Source: Octopus vulgaris (taxonomy: Eukaryota). Taken from it: a stretch of DNA of 64,000 bases. Location: the NCBI GenBank assembly GCA_951406725.2, contig OX597840.1:620001-684000 (forward strand). The letters are read 5' to 3'. Below the pieces are notes generated by a model. The model ran no database searches and was not told where the DNA came from. It saw nothing but the letters and a program-made list of their open reading frames with translations. This document shows, piece by piece, positions 1 through 12,589 of this stretch (positions within the stretch are counted from its first letter, which is position 1; every line of letters starts with the position of its first letter). Position numbers and translations under genes: made by a program.

Positions 1-447
1 TAATTTCCAGTTGTTCTTCCAGTTCACGACATGCATTCAGTTGTGACTGCTTTTGATCTACCGTAAACAAGCGAGGCACAAGTTTTGCTCCCACTCGCAA
101 TTCCTTGCTCAAAATCCGTTGGCAGGATCTCCAGCACACAAGAGTCATATCAACAAATTCGTCTATAGAATTTCGTGATATTTTTCTTTCGTTCGGGAGG
201 TCGACGGTCGTCCTGAACAAGATTGGTCATCAATCAACAAGTGACCATTCCTAAAGCGTGAAAACCACCCATAAATTTGTGTTTTGCTCATAGACGCCTT
301 CTTGTATGCTGTTTGAGGCATCACAGCGATTTCAGTCACCGTCTTCCCCGGCAGGACACAGAATTTCCGGGAAGCCCGCTGTTCTTTCGTTTCAGCCATC
401 GCAAAAATCGCTGAACAGAGGGAAAGCACTGCGAAACAAAGTCGTAC
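1..447 (-). mobile_element. Mariner transposase N-terminal remnant (HTH region), continuing past the window start
   Basis: ORF 163-450(-) reads EQRASRKFC...GKTVTE...AYKKASMSKTQIYGWFSRFRNG...DDQSCSGRPSTS, the mariner HTH_48-type N-terminus. Downstream frameshifted sequence reads RSCQRILSKEL..GAKLVPRLFT.DQKQ (the WVPxxL-type motif region). Confidence 0.85.
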
Positions 448-583
448 CATGTGCCATTCCTTGTGTTGTATGTCTTGTACTCTGTTTTTTCGTTGTTTGA
501 AAAAAAGTTCGTTTCCATGTTTTTGTTTTTATGTTTTCGTTTCTCATTGTGTTCAATGTCTTTTTTTTGTGTCCTGTACCTAT

Positions 584-762
584 AGGTGTAGGAGTGGCTG
601 TGTGGTAAGTAGCTTGCTTACGAACCACATGGTTCCGGGTTCAGTCCCACTGCGTGGCACCTTGGGCAAGTGTCTTCTACTATAGCCTCGGACCGACCAA
701 AGCCTTGTGAGTGGATTTGGTAGACGGAAACTGAAATAAGCTCGTCGTATATATGTATATAC

Positions 763-837
<75 letters not shown>

Positions 838-1076
838 TGTATGTATGTGTGTGTATATGTTTGTGTGTCTGTGTTTGTCTCCCCAACATCGCTTGACAAC
901 CTATGGTGGTGTGTTTACGGCCCCGTAACCTAGCGGTTCGGCAAAAGATTGCGATAGAATAAGTACTAGGCGTACAGAGAATAAGTCCAAGGTCGATTTG
1001 CTCGACTAAAGGCTGTGCTCCAGCATGGCCACTTTCAAATGACTGAAACAAGTAAAAGAGTAAAAGAATAAAAGAA
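584..1076 (+). mobile_element. tRNA-derived SINE family 1 (CORE-like body, internal (TA)/(TG) tract, GTAAAAGA tail)
   Basis: A-box-like TGGCTGTGTGG, B-box-like GGTTCAGTCCC, CORE-like CACCTTGGGCAAGTG and a tandem GTAAAAGA tail. Near-identical copies recur throughout the window. Confidence 0.9.
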
Positions 1077-1216
1077 TATATATATATATATATATATATC
1101 TCACGTGATCACGTGACCGACCCGGCTATCAGATGTTGTTACACTTCGCTGGTCACAATGTGCTTCACATTGTTTTAACCTTCAAATGACGCCACCCCGC
1201 TGGCTAAGCGAGCAGG

Positions 1217-1251
<35 letters not shown>

Positions 1252-1254
<3 letters not shown>

Positions 1255-1655
1255 CGCAGGAGTGGCTGTGTGGCAAGTAGCTTGCTAACCAACCACATGG
1301 TTCCGGGTTCAGTCCCACTGCGTGGCATCTTGGGCAAGTGTCTTCTGCTATAGTCCCGGGCCGACCAAAGCCTTGTGAGTGGATTTGGTAGACGGAAACT
1401 GAAAGAAGCCCGTCGTATATATGTATATGTATATATGTATGTGTGTGTTTGTGTGTCTGTGTTTGTCCCCCTAGCATTGCTTGACAACCGATGCTGGTGT
1501 GTTTACGTCCCCGTCACTTAGCGGTTCGGCAAAAGAGACCGATAGAATAAGTACTGGGCTTACAAAGAATAAGTCTCGGGGTCGATTTGCTCGACTAAAG
1601 GTGGTGCTCCAGCATGGCCACAGTCAAATGACAAACAAGTAAAAGAGTAAAAGAG
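1252..1655 (+). mobile_element. SINE family 1, full-length copy
   Basis: Colinear with the 584-1076 copy from AGGCGCAGGAGTGGCTGTGTGG to the GTAAAAGA tail. Confidence 0.9.
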
Positions 1656-1663
1656 AGAGATAC

Positions 1664-1697
<34 letters not shown>

Positions 1698-1934
1698 GCA
1701 CACACAGACACACATGCACACACATATCTATATCTATCTATCTTATACATACATGCGTATACATACAATATGTGTTTCGCTGCAAGTATTTCTTTACAGA
1801 TATGTATCTATGAATTTAATATACGCATTTGTGAACATATGACTGGATGTGAAATTATCTAAATAAACACATTTATACGCTACGATGCTCAGTTTCTATC
1901 TCCACATCTCCATTTTGTACGTATGAGCATGCGT

Positions 1935-2002
<68 letters not shown>

Positions 2003-2851
2003 CATATATATATATATATATACATGCATACATACACATGAATACGCATATTTATATATATGTATATATGTGAGTGTGTGTGTGTCTTTGTGTATGTGTA
2101 TGATCGTATAGGAATCTGCGAATATGTTGGTGAGTGTATGGATATGTCTATATGTGTATATGTGTGTGCGTGTGTGTTTGTGTGTGTGTGTGTTTCTATG
2201 TGTGAATGTGTGTCAGTCTATCAACCGACGCTAATGAGCGCCAACTGAAATTATGTCAATTAATACCTCTTCCTGCAACCCTTCCTATTCCTCCTCCTCC
2301 TCCTCCTCCTCTAGCTCTCCCAACACCTCTTGCAACATCCTTCCCCTCCTTCTCCTCCCTTCCTCCGTCTCCTCCCCATGCTCCTCTGCTTCTCCTCTCC
2401 TCCTCCTCCTCCTTCGCTTTCTGCTCATCTGTCCCCGACAGCTTTCACTTGAATATACTCAATGCAAATAATACAAAGAAGAAAAAAAAAACAAAACTAA
2501 AAAAGTAAGATAAAATTATTAAAAACTACAAAAAGAAACAACAACAACAACAACAACAATATCAACAATTTGTAGAATAATATAAAATAAACAAAAGAAT
2601 TTCGTTGAAGTTTAATTAAAATCAGGTGTGCTTGCTGACATTAGTTTCGGCATAACATTTTCGGATCAATTAATTCTTTACATAGAATTTCTATCGTATT
2701 TCTCCAGAGTCTCTGGTGGAATTGGAACAAGAGACTTACATAGAAGAGATAGATAGCGATGTATGGAGATAGATAGATGGAGAGATGGATGGTTAAATAA
2801 GAAGCTGAGTATATAGATAATTATATGTACGTAGATATGGGAATGTGCGTA

Positions 2852-3030
<179 letters not shown>

Positions 3031-3146
3031 ACACATATATAGGGTAGCGAATGTTCTTAGAAATATTACCACCAGTGGCCTAGTATTTATAAATAGTCAA
3101 TAGACAACATATTCTTAATATGAAATAGTGTACATTTAAACACAAC

Positions 3147-3349
3147 AGAAAACTACCTTTTATCAGGTAACTTTTTTACGCGCTAGAAGATTGCTGAAGA
3201 AATTTAAAACCTAGGTATAACAGCAAAAAATAACAAGGTAAAAGATTATATTTGTCATTTCCTTCAAAATTGCCCTTAACTGTGGTTTTGGTCGTTTTGA
3301 CTGCTTCTTCTAGCGTGTAAAAATTACCTGCTAAAGGGTAGTTTTCTCT
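3147..3349. mobile_element. MITE-like element with ~45-bp imperfect terminal inverted repeats
   Basis: Left end AGAAAACTACCTTTTATCAGGTAACTTTTTTACGCGCTAGAAGA; reverse complement of right end AGAAAACTACCCTTTAGCAGGTAATTTTTACACGCTAGAAGA. Confidence 0.7.
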
Positions 3350-3371
3350 TGTGTTTAAATGTACATTATTT

Positions 3372-3460
<89 letters not shown>

Positions 3461-3481
3461 ATACATATATATATGTATATT

Positions 3482-3586
<105 letters not shown>

Positions 3587-3683
3587 CGGAAGCTTTATGA
3601 AAATAAACAAAAGACGAAGGCAGTTGGAGTACAAACAAACAATTGTATTAGTATAATAAAACAAGTCTTTTACGTTTCGAGCC

Positions 3684-3753
<70 letters not shown>

Positions 3754-3925
3754 TATACACACATATATATACATATGTAAAGAGAGAGTGGGTAGAGGGA
3801 AGTGTATGACTTGATGGAATGAATGAATGAAAAGCTGCTTGTGGAACATTTCGAGTGGGATTCTTTGAACATGTATTATTAAAGAGAAGAAAGAGAAGGA
3901 ATTTACTGGGCGAGAATAAGTGTTT

Positions 3926-3956
<31 letters not shown>

Positions 3957-4046
3957 GGAGAGGGAGAGAGAGAGCAAGTCAGAATATAGTAGGAGGGAAA
4001 TGTAGGACACACACACAGACATACACACATACACACACACACACAG

Positions 4047-4095
<49 letters not shown>

Positions 4096-4101
<6 letters not shown>

Positions 4102-4236
4102 TGTCCCAAAAGTTCGTAGAAAGTCTTGGAAAATAATGGTCTTTATTTTGAGGAATAATTTTTGTTGTTTTTGTTAGTACTTGGCGAGTAAAAATTCAAT
4201 TTTCGCAAGTGTTTACGAACTTTTGGGACAACCTAA
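4096..4236. mobile_element. Mariner-type MITE (~140 bp) next to a (TA)n tract
   Basis: TIRs T(A/T)AGGTTGTCCCAAAAGTTCGTA and TACGAACTTTTGGGACAACCTAA, with TA flanks. TTAGGTTG termini are typical of mariner/MADE-type elements. Confidence 0.8.
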
Positions 4237-5021
4237 TATATATGTATATATTTGTGTGTGTTTCTATTCTATGTGTGCGTGTTCGTGATGCGCTGGGGAT
4301 GTAAATTATCTTGGCAATTTAATCAGTGCCATTCCGGTGAGTATTTGACATAAGCAAGGCTTTCAGAAAAAAAAAATTGCGCCGTTTAAACGTTAATAAA
4401 GGAACATGAAGAGATGTCGCTTAAGTTATAATACATACGTATCCACAGTATGATTATGTATTTGCTCATTAATGTGTTACATGATACTTATCCAGAACAT
4501 TTCATCAGACGTTTTAAACAGTTGTCAGGTAAAATTGATCAATTTTATCTGTCAAGTGGAAGAGTGAGAGTGAGAGGGCGAGGGGAGAAGTACGGAAGAG
4601 AAAGAAAGGCAATATATGAGAAACAGATAGCACAAAAAAAGTGAGAGAGATAGGGTAGAGAGAAAGAGATTGTTAAGAGAGAAAAAACAGGGTGATCTTG
4701 AGAAGAACTTTAGGTTCGATGGAAATAGCGATGCGCTGTCGCGTTGTGATATCTTCAATTAAGGGATATGTTGCGTTTCGTAAAGGTATGCAGGGATATA
4801 TAGAGCTTTGTGGAGATATACGGAGATGTGCTCAGTTATATAGAGAAATGTTGAGTTATGTTATTCAAAATGTAAGGATTTGAACAGATAAAATACAGAC
4901 TTTGTTGTATTTCAGAATGGTCATTTTGCCAGTTTAGCCAATAAAAACACACGCACTATATATTTGGTGTTACTTTACTTCAGTGTTATTTATTTTTTAC
5001 ATTAATCTTAATCTTATTTCA

Positions 5022-5065
5022 GTCAGAGTTCTTTCGTCACACTCCTGTGACCGCATCAGTGGTCC
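5022..5065 (-). ncRNA. Degenerate minimal type I hammerhead-like motif
   Basis: Minus strand GGACCA CTGATGC G GTCAC-AGGAGT-GTGAC GAAAG AA CTC TGAC. Stem II is a perfect 5 bp, but the core has A9 replaced by C and stem I is weak. Confidence 0.35.
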
Positions 5066-5084
5066 TTTGTTTTCTTTGTTTTAC

Positions 5085-5660
5085 AGACTACCAGCATCAA
5101 TGTAGACAACGTTGAGGCAAGAATGATGTGAAGATTAGCCAAGCTTTTTTGTGTGTTTGTTGGAGCTTATGTTTCCATGCCCAGATGTTCGGAGTATGGT
5201 AGATGCCTGACGGTGGTTATTCGTTTGGTTGCACGTTTCTGGACAATTTACAAGAGATTGATTATGCTGAGCAAGCTAGGAATTCAAGATTGGTGATGTA
5301 AACTCTAGGTGTGGACGTGCAATAGTCAAGTACAGCTTTACATATATAGCTGGAGGGCGGCCGACAAAGGTTTTACTGAGAAATACTAAGACACTCTCAG
5401 CCTTCTTGACAAGCTTAGAGATGTGGTTTCTCCAACGATTTTCACTGTTTACAATAATAACCAAGTCAACACTTAAGGATTGGTGTAGGTGAGGGAGTAA
5501 GTAAAAGCTTGGTTTTTTTACCTCCTAAATTGTGACGCACTTGTCCACAACTAGCTAGCGTTGCCAGTCAGTAATTAATCCATTGCTGCATTGCGTCCGG
5601 GTCTGATTGCAGGAAAGATCTATAGTGCATAGGATCAGTTCTTTTTATCTCAAAGTACAG
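5085..5660 (-). mobile_element. Degraded CR1/L2-group LINE ORF2 fragment (post-RT region)
   Basis: ORF 5276-5464(-) WRNHISKLVKKAESVLVFLSKTF...VKLYLTIARPHLEFTSPI matches the CR1-type W..HI..IV.KA...L....R.F.......LY...VRP.LEY...VW pattern. Confidence 0.8.
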
Positions 5661-5984
5661 CTTGACACACAACACACTCAGACACAGGCACACACACACA
5701 CAAGCAAGCATACACCCACAACTATATACATACATATTGTGTTTATCTACGTAATAAGTTTCTCGTTGCTATGGAGCGGTCGTATACATCGCTTAATCTG
5801 TTTCATTCTCCACTTTTGGGATTTTTATTCATATTCTTGGCAATTTTAGTTGCTAATACGTGCAGTGTATGGTGATCGCCAGCTTATCGAAATTCCTTTT
5901 AATTTCGATGTGGGAAAGAGTGTTTAACTTACGATGTTATTAAATACGCTTTATCGTATATTGGGCACGTTTTTCGTTTTACTT

Positions 5985-6330
5985 ATTTAACTCATATGAT
6001 GGTGACCATGCTGGAGCACCGCCTTAGGACTTCTTCTTCTCAACCTAGTACTTATTCTATCGTTCTCTTTTGCCGACTCGCTTGGTTACGGGGATGTAAA
6101 CACACCAACAGAGGTTATCAAGCGGTAATGGGAACAAACACAAACACTATGACACCCACCCACCCACTGCGCACGTGACTCTGGGCAAGGAAGCATGCAT
6201 CCCAACCATATGGTTCCGAGTTCAGTCCCACTGCGAAGCATCTTGGGTAAGTGTCTTCTGCTATAGACTCGAGCGGATCAAGACCTTGTGAATGGATTTA
6301 GGAGACAGAAACTGATAGATGCCCGTCGTG
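5985..6330. mobile_element. Diverged SINE family 1 pieces (minus-strand tail followed by plus-strand head)
   Basis: CCATGCTGGAGCACCGCC (reverse-complement tail) at ~6006, then GGTTCCGAGTTCAGTCCCACTGCG...TCTTGGGTAAGTGTCTTCTG (head) at ~6212. Confidence 0.75.
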
Positions 6331-6393
<63 letters not shown>

Positions 6394-6460
6394 ATATATA
6401 TATATTTGCCAATTTGTTAATCAAACATATTTAGATTAATGGATAGATAGGTCGACAGGC

Positions 6461-6500
<40 letters not shown>

Positions 6501-6501
6501 T

Positions 6502-6536
<35 letters not shown>

Positions 6537-6625
6537 TGATTGATAGATAGCTCGATAGATTGATAGATTGATAGATAGATAGATAGATAGATAGATATAT
6601 AGATTGATAGATAGATAGATAGATT

Positions 6626-6680
<55 letters not shown>

Positions 6681-6697
6681 TGATAGATAGATAGATT

Positions 6698-6732
<35 letters not shown>

Positions 6733-6733
6733 T

Positions 6734-6799
<66 letters not shown>

Positions 6800-6880
6800 C
6801 AGATATAGATTGATGAGATTAGAAATTGAGCACGAAAGAAAGAAGGAAAAAAAGAAAGAACAAAGGAGAGATTGAGAGTG

Positions 6881-6931
<51 letters not shown>

Positions 6932-7799
6932 ATGTTAGAGTATTTGACAGAAAGAGTGAGAGACAGTGTGTGAAAGAATAAAGTAAGAGGTTAGCAAGCT
7001 GTTTTCGGTGTAATTTCCTTCATTAGTCACACTCTGTTATCACACTGCCATTATGGCTGACGTTTGATATGGTTATATCAGCTTTAATATATTTAATATC
7101 TTGCACCAGAGGACGCCATTGGTCAGTTTCTTAATCATACAAACACTATCAACGAGACTCTTCACGGCCGACCAACATGACCGCATACATCACCACCACC
7201 ACCAACACCACCACATCCAGCGCCATCACTATCACCACTCCACCACAACCACCACCAACGCCACGGAAACCGCCATCTCCATCATCAACATCAACATCAT
7301 CACCACAACTATAGCAATAACAAATATACATGCATGGCCACCAAAACGAATTTTACCAACATTACAGTCACAAGTGCCACTACCACTACCACCACCATCA
7401 CCACCATCACCTCCACCACAACCACGCTTCCACCACTGCATCACTCCACCACCATCACCACCACCACTATCATCACCGACACCACTACCACTGTCACCAC
7501 CACCATCACCAACATCCCTTCCACCGCCACCACCACCACTCTATCACCACTTCACCAGCACCAGCACCACCACCGTCACCGCCGACACCAACACCACTAC
7601 CACCGTCACCACCACCACTACAACCACCATCATGACCACCACCATCACCAACATCCCCTCCACCACCATCGCTAACCCTAACCCTAACCCTAACTACCAT
7701 CTTACGATCATGTGTTCAACAACCTGACAATGAAGCTATGCCCCCACAAAAGGGGTCAGAAAAGATTCTAAAAAGATCAAAGGTCCTTCCTTAGCATTC

Positions 7800-9345
7800 T
7801 TTCTCCTTCTTTTTGTCTTGAGACAGCATTCATCCGGGGTTGGTTGAGATGGCTTCATTCATCCTCAATGCTGCATCTCTCACAAACGCCGACCAGGCCT
7901 GGCGATTTGAGGCTAACGACTGCGTGATCTCCAACCACTCCTTATTCCAGCGGCGAACGCCGTTGATATGGGGGCCTGGGTTGGGTTCCAGATCAGTCTT
8001 GACTGTCGTCAGCCAGGTTTTTCGTTGTCCACCACATCGCTTTCGGCAACCCTGTAGGGAAGCTGGAGCAATTGCTTCGTGTGTTGGGTTCCAGATCAGC
8101 CTTGACTGTCATCAGCCATGTTCTTCGTTGCCCACCACATCGCTTTCACCAACCCTGAAGGGGAGCTGGGGCAATTGCTTCGTAGGTTGGGTTCTAGATC
8201 AGCCTTGACTGTCATCAGCCAGGTTTTTCATCATCCACCACATCGCTTTCGCCAACCCTGAAGGGGAGCTGGGGCAATTGCTTCATAGGTTGGGTTCCAG
8301 ATCAGCCTTGACTGTCGTCAGCCAGGTTTTTCGTTGTCCACCACATCGCTTTCGGCAACCCTGTAGGGAAGCTGGAGCAATTGCTTCGTGTGTTGGGTTC
8401 CAGATCAGCCTTGACTGTCATCAGCCATGTTCTTCGTTGCCCACCACATCGCTTTCACCAACCCTGAAGGGGAGCTGGGGCAATTGCTTCGTAGGTTGGG
8501 TTCTAGATCAGCCTTGACTGTCATCAGCCAGGTTTTTCATCATCCACCACATCGCTTTCGCCAACCCTGAAGGGGAGCTGGGGCAATTGCTTCATAGGTT
8601 GGGTTCCAGATCAGCCTTGACTGTCATCAACCAGGTTTTTCGTTGTCCACCACATCGCTTTCGGCAACCCTGAAGGGAAGCTGGAGCAATTGCTTCATAG
8701 GATGGGTTCCAGATCAGCCTTGGCTGTCATCAGCCAGGTTTTTCGTTGTCCACCACATCGCTTTCGGCAACCTTGAAGGGAAGCTGGAGCAATTGCTTCA
8801 TAGGTTGGGTTCCAGATCAGCCTTGACTGTCATCAGCCAGGTTTTTCGTTGTTCACCACATCGCTTTCGGCAACCCTGAAGGGGAACTGGGGCAATTGCT
8901 TCATAGGTTGTGTTCCAGATCAGCCTTGACTGTCATCAGCCAGGTTTTTCGTTGTCCACCACATCGCTTTCGGCAACCCTGAAGGGAAGCTGGAGCAATT
9001 GCTTCATAGGATGGGTTCCAGATCAGCCTTGGCTGTCATCAGCCAGGTTTTTCGTTGTCCACCACATCGCTTTCGGCAACCTTGAAGGGAAGCTGGAGCA
9101 ATTGCTTCATAGGTTGTGTTCCAGATCAGCCTTGACTGTCATCAGCCAGGTTTTTCGTTGTTCACCACATCGCTTTCGGCAACCATGAAGGGGAACTGGT
9201 GAAATTGCTTCGTAGAGGAATTCTCCTGATCGACGACGGAGGGCATGACCCAGCCAACGTATTAGGCACCTAAGACCAGTTTTGCCGTTCTGTGGTGTAT
9301 ATAACTCCTCAGCACAGAACGGTGAGCCGATCCGTGGCAGAATCA
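7800..9345 (-). mobile_element. 5'-truncated RTE-clade LINE 3' end, interrupted by an internal tandem amplification
   Basis: Minus strand reads IRWLGHALRR...GCRKRCGEQRKTWLMTVKADLE[repeats]PNPGPHINGVRRWNKEWLEITQSLASNRQAWSAFVRDAA...NPG*, with the stop at 7830-7832. This is the RWLGH...GGQRKTW...LAQDRxAW C-terminus typical of RTE elements. Confidence 0.8.
7981..9215. repeat. Minisatellite of 12 x 103-bp units with 309-bp higher-order periodicity
   Basis: The TTC(C/T)AGATCAG anchor starts at 7986, 8089, 8192, 8295, 8398, 8501, 8604, 8707, 8810, 8913, 9016 and 9119, an exact 103-bp spacing. Confidence 0.97.
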
Positions 9346-10960
9346 CTCATATTTGCCAGCCGAGTGCTCTAGAGCTACGTGGGAAGAAGTGTTTTGCTCA
9401 AGATGTCAACGCATCACCCGGTGCAGGAAACGAAACTCCAATCTTTGGATCACGAGTACCCACACCATAACCTCTAAACCACCTGCTTCATCGCCACCAA
9501 TATTAACGAAGCCAATTCGATCTCAGATAACTGTAACTACACGCAGATTATCAGTGACATACAAACACATATATACACACATATATACACACAGATGCAC
9601 ACACGATTAAGGATACACGCACATGCATACTACACGCGCGAAAACCACCGTCACCATCAATCCACCACAAGCACTAACACTCTCCTCACCACCACTGCCG
9701 CTACTAAACGTCCATCGTCAACAAGCTATAGTCTCCACCATAAATACACGCCCTCACTAACAGCGCCGCCGCCACCACTACCACCACCACCACCACCACC
9801 ACCACAACTACTACCACCACCACCACCACTACCACCACCACCACCACTACAAGCACCATGATCACCAGCACCATGACCAGCACCATGACCACCACCACCA
9901 CCACCACCACCAAATTAACGTCATCACAAAACAACCATCAACACAAGTACCGCCAACACCATCACCACCATAACCATAACCATAACCGTAACCATAACCA
10001 TCACCACCACCACCACCACCACCTTAGCCAGCACCACCGACACCACAATACCCACCGCCACCATCAAAACCAAACCACCATCATCACCAAATTACTAGAC
10101 CACAAAATCACCCTCTCCACGAAACCACCACCATCACCACCATCACCACCACCACCACCATCATCACCACCATCACCATCACGGTCAACGTCCATCGTTT
10201 CTCCTTCAGCCTCCTCCTCCTCACCCTATTCCCCAGCACATTAGGTCTCCTACTTCTATTTATTGTAGCCGAAAATTGAATTAATGACAACAAAAATTTC
10301 ATTACTGTTGGCATGAATAACCCCAGACCCCATTACATCCAACTCCTTTTTCACTACTCTAAGATAATTGTATCAGAAACCCACGCTTAATACTGCTCCT
10401 TAATGCGACCCTTAGTACACAAACACACACACACACACACATCTCTCTCTCTATATATGTGTGTGTGTGTACGAACACACATGCCATTATATTCTAATAC
10501 AATTATCTAATGATCTTTCACCGATGCTACCATTTCTCCTTAAAACTATTTCTTAAGCCCGTACAATTATGCGCAGGCATTGATGTATACAATCATATAG
10601 ATACGTATATATGTGCGTATGCGTGCATGTGTGTGTGAAGAAGTGTGTGGAGGTGCGTGTTAAATTTAATGACCTTGTGACAGCTGTTTCGAGAGTACGC
10701 TTTTGTCAAATTTTCACACTTTACTGTTCGTTTTTATTCACGCGAAACAGCTTGAATACAAACGTTTAAATAAATAAATTTTAAGTAAATAAACTCTAAA
10801 CTTGCTTCATGTGTTGTGTAGTACATTAAACGAACTCTAATATCTTTGACTCCCATTAGCGAAAAACATAAAACACACACACATGCGTATAAACACACAC
10901 TCTCACACATATATATATATATAGACGTATATAAAATTAAATAATGAGGGTAGAAATTGA

Positions 10961-11435
10961 TACAGGGTGCGGCAGAAAATACCTCCCACATTTGAAAGGT
11001 TGACAACTGGAAAAAGAAACAATATTTATGAAAAATTAATTTTACTCTTGAAACACGGTGTCCCTAGATGCAGTTCCGGCGGCCGGGGGTGTTTGTCTCC
11101 CCTTCGTATATGTATATAAGGACACAGGGAAAAAAATGTGTCAAAGCTATCAGGAGGCGTTCGATGCTTCCTAGGGCTATAAAGCGGTGGTGTACCCCCT
11201 ACTGTCACGTTCTTGTTAGATTGACAGTATACAATCATTCTATCGCCCCACCACCGTACATGTCTCTACGAGACATTTAGAAATTCAATATTTCTAATTT
11301 TACTCTTGTTTTTAATAAAGGGTTACAGTTTTTGTTCATTAGCTAAATAAAAATATCAATGGCACTTGCATAAGTTTATCATGAACACATAGGTGAAAGT
11401 TTAAAATGTTAGACGTATTTCTGCCGCACCCTGTA
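10961..11435. mobile_element. Non-autonomous Tc1/mariner-superfamily element with TIRs and TA target duplication
   Basis: TA|CAGGGTGCGGCAGAAAATACCTCCCACATTT at 10961 and AAATGTTAGACGTATTTCTGCCGCACCCTG|TA ending at 11435. Confidence 0.88.
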
Positions 11436-11510
11436 TTAATAAATTAAAACCAGTGGCTTAGCCTATTTCAAAAATCCGAAGATTAAAAATTATATTACAT
11501 ACAAATTACG

Positions 11511-11917
11511 ACAATGTCGTGCAGCGATGTTTATACATCGTTCAGAGATTTATTATTGCTTGCATACAGTTTTTCAAGATCAGTGACGAAAAGTCACTGG
11601 AAAAAGGATATATATATTTACATTAGGATCCCTTCGCATCAAAGACCGGTGATTGCCGTGCGCTGATGACGGGTAAATGCGCAGAAACCCGGGTTTGTGA
11701 GTATCACGTCAAGTCGACGATGGGAAGGATGGCTTCCCTTTGCAAATACTGATAGGGCACAGAAAGTGTGTCAATAGCCAGCTGGAGAAGATTTTCTCCT
11801 GGGACTACAAGCTACAGCAGCATCCACTCTTAGTGGTTAGCCACATTTAGGTGGCAAATATACTTCACATTGTCGTGCAGCCACTGTTTATCCCTCGTTC
11901 AGAGATTTATTATTGCT
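11511..11917 (+). mobile_element. Direct-repeat-bounded 356-bp unit containing a hammerhead-like motif (Penelope pLTR/retrozyme-like)
   Basis: A ~50-bp direct repeat ACA(A/T)TGTCGTGCAGC..TGTTTAT.C.TCGTTCAGAGATTTATTATTGCT occurs at 11511 and 11867. Between them lies CTGATGA-CGGGTAAATGCGCA-GAAACCCGGGTT at 11663-11695. Confidence 0.5.
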
Positions 11918-12134
11918 ATATATAGGTTATGAGAGGTAATTGTGTCAGTGAGACCCAAAGGTGACAGGTAATGCTGAATAAGTGCTATGGATAGACCATA
12001 GTTAAGTTCTAGCTTCGGCGATTATGCGAATAAGGAGCCCACCTTAGGTCATATATCACCGTGTGTATATAAATTGTTTTTCGTAATGAGATAATAAACC
12101 AAGATTGTGTAGATTTTAGAACATTTATAAATAG

Positions 12135-12182
12135 GTCTTACAGCTGTTTCTAAGAAATTTATTATATCCCTTCATCGGAGAC
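12135..12182 (-). ncRNA. Minimal type I hammerhead ribozyme-like motif of a Penelope-like element
   Basis: Minus strand GTCT CCGATGA AGGGATATAATAAATTTCTTA GAAAC AGCT GTA AGAC. Stem I is GTCT/AGAC, stem III is palindromic (ACAGCTGT) and the triplet is GUA. It lies downstream of, and on the same strand as, a GIY-YIG remnant. Confidence 0.6.
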
Positions 12183-12340
12183 GGTGTGAGAAGTTAGTTA
12201 AGCAATTTAGATACGATACGAAATAGAGAGTGAGGTGGAGGAATGTAAATAGATGTGAGGTATGCAGAAATATTGTCTTTGTAGAACCATTATTTGGGCA
12301 GAATGGTATACATATACGGTTCCAAAACCTATATATATAG

Positions 12341-12391
<51 letters not shown>

Positions 12392-12414
12392 TACATACAT
12401 ATATATATACATAC

Positions 12415-12471
<57 letters not shown>

Positions 12472-12589
12472 CACACTCACAACCAGTATATAAAGAAGTG
12501 TGCATGTGCACAGGTATATGTATCTGAAACGCCCATCGTTGTATGCTAGTTCTTTATATTGTTATTCATAGTTGTTATTTATCAAACGT

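Noticed and set aside
7672-7694. (CCCTAA)n telomere-type repeat
   Set aside because: Under four copies inside a low-complexity CAC/AAC tract; no evidence of a fusion or healing site.
7101-7727. Pro/Thr/His-rich extensin- or mucin-like ORFs (also at 9595-10244, 20088-20963 and 21899-22668)
   Set aside because: Degenerate (CAC/CAT/GGT)n tracts that are open in several frames at once.
7981-9215. Regularly spaced repeats resembling a CRISPR array
   Set aside because: Whole units repeat with no unique spacers, there are no cas genes, the context is eukaryotic, and the unit derives from an RTE.
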